Both the position numbers and the translations under genes were made by a program. 64,000 bases of DNA from Gammaproteobacteria bacterium (lineage in GTDB: Bacteria; Pseudomonadota; Gammaproteobacteria; CBDBNL01; JAAOII01): contig OZ242372.1 of NCBI GenBank assembly GCA_965209035.1, positions 1,344,001 to 1,408,000 on the forward strand, given 5' to 3'. Under the pieces are notes generated by a model. That model was not told the origin of the DNA, did not search any database, and was given only the letters and a program-made list of their open reading frames with translations. Shown here piece after piece: positions 61,294-64,000 of this stretch; positions within the stretch are counted from its first letter, which is position 1, and each line of letters starts with the position of its first letter.

Positions 61294-62196
61294 TCACTCG
61301 GCGGGATTAAAATCCGCCAGTTGTTGGCGAACCTGGCCGAATGCCTTTTTTTCTATCTGCCGGACGCGTTCAGCCGAGATGTCGTACTTTGTTGCCAGTT
61401 CCTGCAGGGAAGTTTTTTGCGGCAGAAGCCATCTTTGTTTGATGATGTCGCGACTTCTCTCGTCAAGCAATCCGATACCCCGTGCCAATGCCAGATGCAG
61501 TCGCTCTTTTCGGTCGTCTATCATAGTGCGCTGTTCGGGATTATCTATGTCGTCCGGCAAGTAGTTGAGTAGGGTGGAAGAATCACCTTCTTCGTCTTCT
61601 ATTGTGGCGTCCAGGGATACATCACCGCCGGTCAGGCGCGCTTCCATTGCCCGCGTTTCCTCGGGGGTGACGCCCAGGTCCTTGGCGATGGCTTTTGCCT
61701 CGTCGTCTGTCATCCACGCCAGTCGCTTCTTGTGGCTGCGCAGATTGAAAAAGAGTTTGCGCTGGGCCTTGGTGGTGGCGATCTTGACCAGGCTCCAATT
61801 TTTGAGAATGTATTCGTGAATTTCCGCCCGTATCCAGTAAACGGCAAAGGTGATTAAACGCACCTTTCTGTTAGGGTCAAATCGCTTGACCGCTCGCATT
61901 AATCCGATGTTCCCTTCTTGGATGAGGTCCGCCAGCGGCAGGCCGTATCCTTCGTATGAGCGGGCGATATATACGACAAAGCGCAGGTTGGAGATAACCA
62001 GCGAGCGCGCCGCCATCAGGTCCTGTTTTTCGTATAGTTTGTGTGCCAGTTCTTGCTCCTTTTCCGGTGTCAGCATGTCTACTTGGCGAATTGCCCTTAA
62101 ATAGGCAGTTAAACTTTGTTGCGGACTCGCATTAATGGGTAACATACCATAGCTCTTTTTGGTGGCGGGAGTCAATGCAGCCTTTTTTGCATTCAT
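61294..62196 (-). CDS. rpoH: heat-shock sigma factor sigma-32
   Basis: DLIQEGNIGLM, RpoH box KIATTKAQRKLFFNLRS, SAERVRQIE. Confidence 0.96.
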   Translation of the reverse strand: MNAKKAALTPATKKSYGMLPINASPQQSLTAYLRAIRQVDMLTPEKEQELAHKLYEKQDLMAARSLVISNLRFVVYIARSYEGYGLPLADLIQEGNIGLMRAVKRFDPNRKVRLITFAVYWIRAEIHEYILKNWSLVKIATTKAQRKLFFNLRSHKKRLAWMTDDEAKAIAKDLGVTPEETRAMEARLTGGDVSLDATIEDEEGDSSTLLNYLPDDIDNPEQRTMIDDRKERLHLALARGIGLLDERSRDIIKQRWLLPQKTSLQELATKYDISAERVRQIEKKAFGQVRQQLADFNPAE

Positions 62197-62352
62197 TACG
62201 ATTTATTATAGGGAACAATTTTTTTGTGTTGTTTGTTCGTTTATCCTCTTATGTATTATCTGTATCATCCCACCCGGTTTTGGAATCTGTGTATTGAGAA
62301 TGGTGCCGATGAGAGTTATTTGTGAGTTTGAGGGTGCACAATGCTAAGTTTA

Positions 62353-62513
62353 AAGCCCGAAGCCCGAAGCCCGAAACTTGAAGCCCGAAACCTGAAGCCC
62401 GAAACTTGAAGCCCGAAACCTGAAGCCTGAAACTTGAAGCCCGAAACCCGAAACCCGAAACCCGAAACCCTAAACCCGAAACTTGGAGCCCGAAACCCGA
62501 AACCCGAAACCTT
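62353..62513. repeat. 23 x 7-bp degenerate tandem repeat (AARCYYG)
   Basis: aagcccg/aaacttg/aaacctg/aaacccg units counted directly. Confidence 0.92.
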
Positions 62514-62638
62514 GCCGGGATGATGCCCGTATTTTTAGATTTTTAAAAACAAGTTGCCCTTCTGTTTGCATTCATCCCCGCTGATGTGCATTTCTCTTTT
62601 GGCTGGCAATCGTTTCTCACATTTCATTCGTCATTTTT

Positions 62639-62647
62639 TGGTATAAT
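62639..62647 (+). promoter_or_regulatory. extended -10 element (TGGTATAAT) upstream of the coiled-coil array; repeated near 63877
   Basis: Exact TGnTATAAT; GGAGG RBS before ATG 62722. Confidence 0.5.
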
Positions 62648-62721
62648 AATAGTATGTTTTATGTTGGTAAGACATTAATTGGAAGGATTATTTTATTAGT
62701 AATTACTTGGGAGGAATCACT

Positions 62722-62964
62722 ATGACAACATCATCTATCATTGAAATGGCAATGCATATGAGAGCGGCGACCGGCAACGCAGAGCATTCGGATGCTTTCT
62801 TGGCCGGACTGGAAAAGCGCGAAGCCGAACGCGAAGCACGACATCGTGCCGATCAAGACCGCTTCATCGCGGCGGTGCAGCGTGAGCTAACTTTGCAACG
62901 CTGGTTCTTTGTTGCCGCTGTTGCGGCAATGGGTTTGGTTGTGGCGGCTATTTCCGTGGCTTAA
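62722..62964 (+). CDS. small coiled-coil protein with C-terminal TM anchor (array copy 1)
   Basis: MAMHMRAATG..LEKREAERE..QRELTLQRW followed by a hydrophobic tail. Confidence 0.7.
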   Translation: MTTSSIIEMAMHMRAATGNAEHSDAFLAGLEKREAEREARHRADQDRFIAAVQRELTLQRWFFVAAVAAMGLVVAAISVA

Positions 62965-63032
62965 ACTTAAATTCCACTACTTCTTGTTTTACAAGAGGGA
63001 CTGCGGAACTTGTTCACCCGGAGATAGTTGAA

Positions 63033-63371
63033 ATGGCAATGCATATGAGAGAGGCAACCGGCGACGCAGAGCATTCGGATGCTTTCTTGGCCGGACTGGA
63101 AAAGCGCGAAGCCGAACGCGAGGCCGAGCGTAAAGAACAACGCCGCGCTGATGAAGTACAACGCCGTGCCGATGAGGCTAAACGCGAAGCACAACATCGT
63201 GCCGATGAGGCTAAACGCGAAGCACAACATCGCGCCGATGAAGCTAAACGCAGTGCCGATCAAGACCGCTTTATCGCGACGGTGCAGCGTGAGCTGACTT
63301 TGCAACGCTGGTTTTTGCTTGCCTCTGTTGCGATCATAGGTTTGGTTGTGGCGGCTATTGCCGTGGCTTAA
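63033..63371 (+). CDS. array copy 2 with expanded 11-aa stalk repeats
   Basis: RRADEAKREAQ-type repeats; same head and TM tail. Confidence 0.7.
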   Translation: MAMHMREATGDAEHSDAFLAGLEKREAEREAERKEQRRADEVQRRADEAKREAQHRADEAKREAQHRADEAKRSADQDRFIATVQRELTLQRWFLLASVAIIGLVVAAIAVA

Positions 63372-63444
63372 ATTCCGCTGCTTCTTGTTTTGCTTCCGGT
63401 TTTACAAGAGGGACTGCGGAACTTGTTTGCCCGGGGAAGTTAAA

Positions 63445-63783
63445 ATGGCAATGCATATGAGAGCGGCGACCGGCAACGCAGAGTATTCGGATGCTTTCTT
63501 GGCCGGACTGGAGAAGCGCGAAGCCGAACGCGAGGCCGAGCGTAAAGAACAACGTCGTGCCGATGAAGCTAAACACGAAGCACAGCGTAGTGCCGATGAG
63601 GCCCAACATCGTGCTGATGCAGCCGAGCGTAAAGAACAGCGTCGTGCCGATGAGGCACAACATCGTGCCGATCAAGACCGCTTCATCGCGACGGTGCAGC
63701 GTGAGTTCGCTCTGCAACGCTGGTTTTTGCTTGCCTCTGTTGCGATCATAGGCTTGGTTGTGACGGCTATTTCTGTGGCTTAA
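63445..63783 (+). CDS. array copy 3 with a different stalk arrangement
   Basis: ATG at 63445; same head and TM tail. Confidence 0.7.
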   Translation: MAMHMRAATGNAEYSDAFLAGLEKREAEREAERKEQRRADEAKHEAQRSADEAQHRADAAERKEQRRADEAQHRADQDRFIATVQREFALQRWFLLASVAIIGLVVTAISVA

Positions 63784-63958
63784 ATTCCGCTTGTCCTTCT
63801 GTTTGCATTCATCCCCGCTGATGTGGATTTTTCTTTTGGTTGGCAATTATGTTTCATATTTCATTCGTCATTTTTTGGTATAATAATAATATGTTTTATG
63901 TTGGTAAGACATTAATTGGAAAGATTATTTTATTGGTAATTCCTTGGGAGGAATCACT

Positions 63959-64000
63959 ATGACAACATCATCTATCATTGAAATGGCAATGCATATGAGA
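63959..64000 (+). CDS. array copy 4, truncated by window edge
   Basis: MTTSSIIEMAMHMR is identical to copy 1; upstream ~165 bp also repeated (1237-bp period). Confidence 0.7.
   Translation, partial: MTTSSIIEMAMHMR

Noticed and set aside
62353-62513. Telomere-like (CCCTAAA) eukaryotic contamination
   Set aside because: Only one unit matches; the repeat is embedded between bacterial genes and similar degenerate runs occur elsewhere.

Overview
Bacterial chromosomal window, gammaproteobacterial in gene content. Housekeeping genes: rpoZ-spoT, nnr, rubredoxin, trpG/pabA, tpx, dnaB-alr, purEK, tRNA-Ala(GGC), TRAP dctQM, ddl, aroK and rpoH. Between them are a duplicated EF-hand/ECF-sigma/anti-sigma module, two large FN3-thrombospondin-3-GLUG lipoproteins, and a ~26 kb mostly AT-richer defence-type island (29.7-56.2 kb). 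The island holds a KAP NTPase, two TPR-2TM paralogues, McrBC, a PLD-SNF2 helicase with an N6-MTase, two ImmA/IrrE peptidases, a Panacea antitoxin with a membrane protein, a TIR protein with a membrane protein, and an orphan N6-MTase. The window ends in a tandem array of small coiled-coil, tail-anchored proteins. Three less obvious patterns: (1) many intergenic spacers are tandem, diverged copies of the adjoining gene termini; (2) a dispersed TIR-bounded MITE-like family has ends that bracket the large lipoprotein genes; (3) a G15+(GT)7 tract frameshifts one lipoprotein gene, a phase-variation candidate. The TPR/TSP3/GLUG/FN3 content suggests a host-associated (e.g. sponge) symbiont, but that is inference. 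All calls come from motif recognition by eye; no searches were run.
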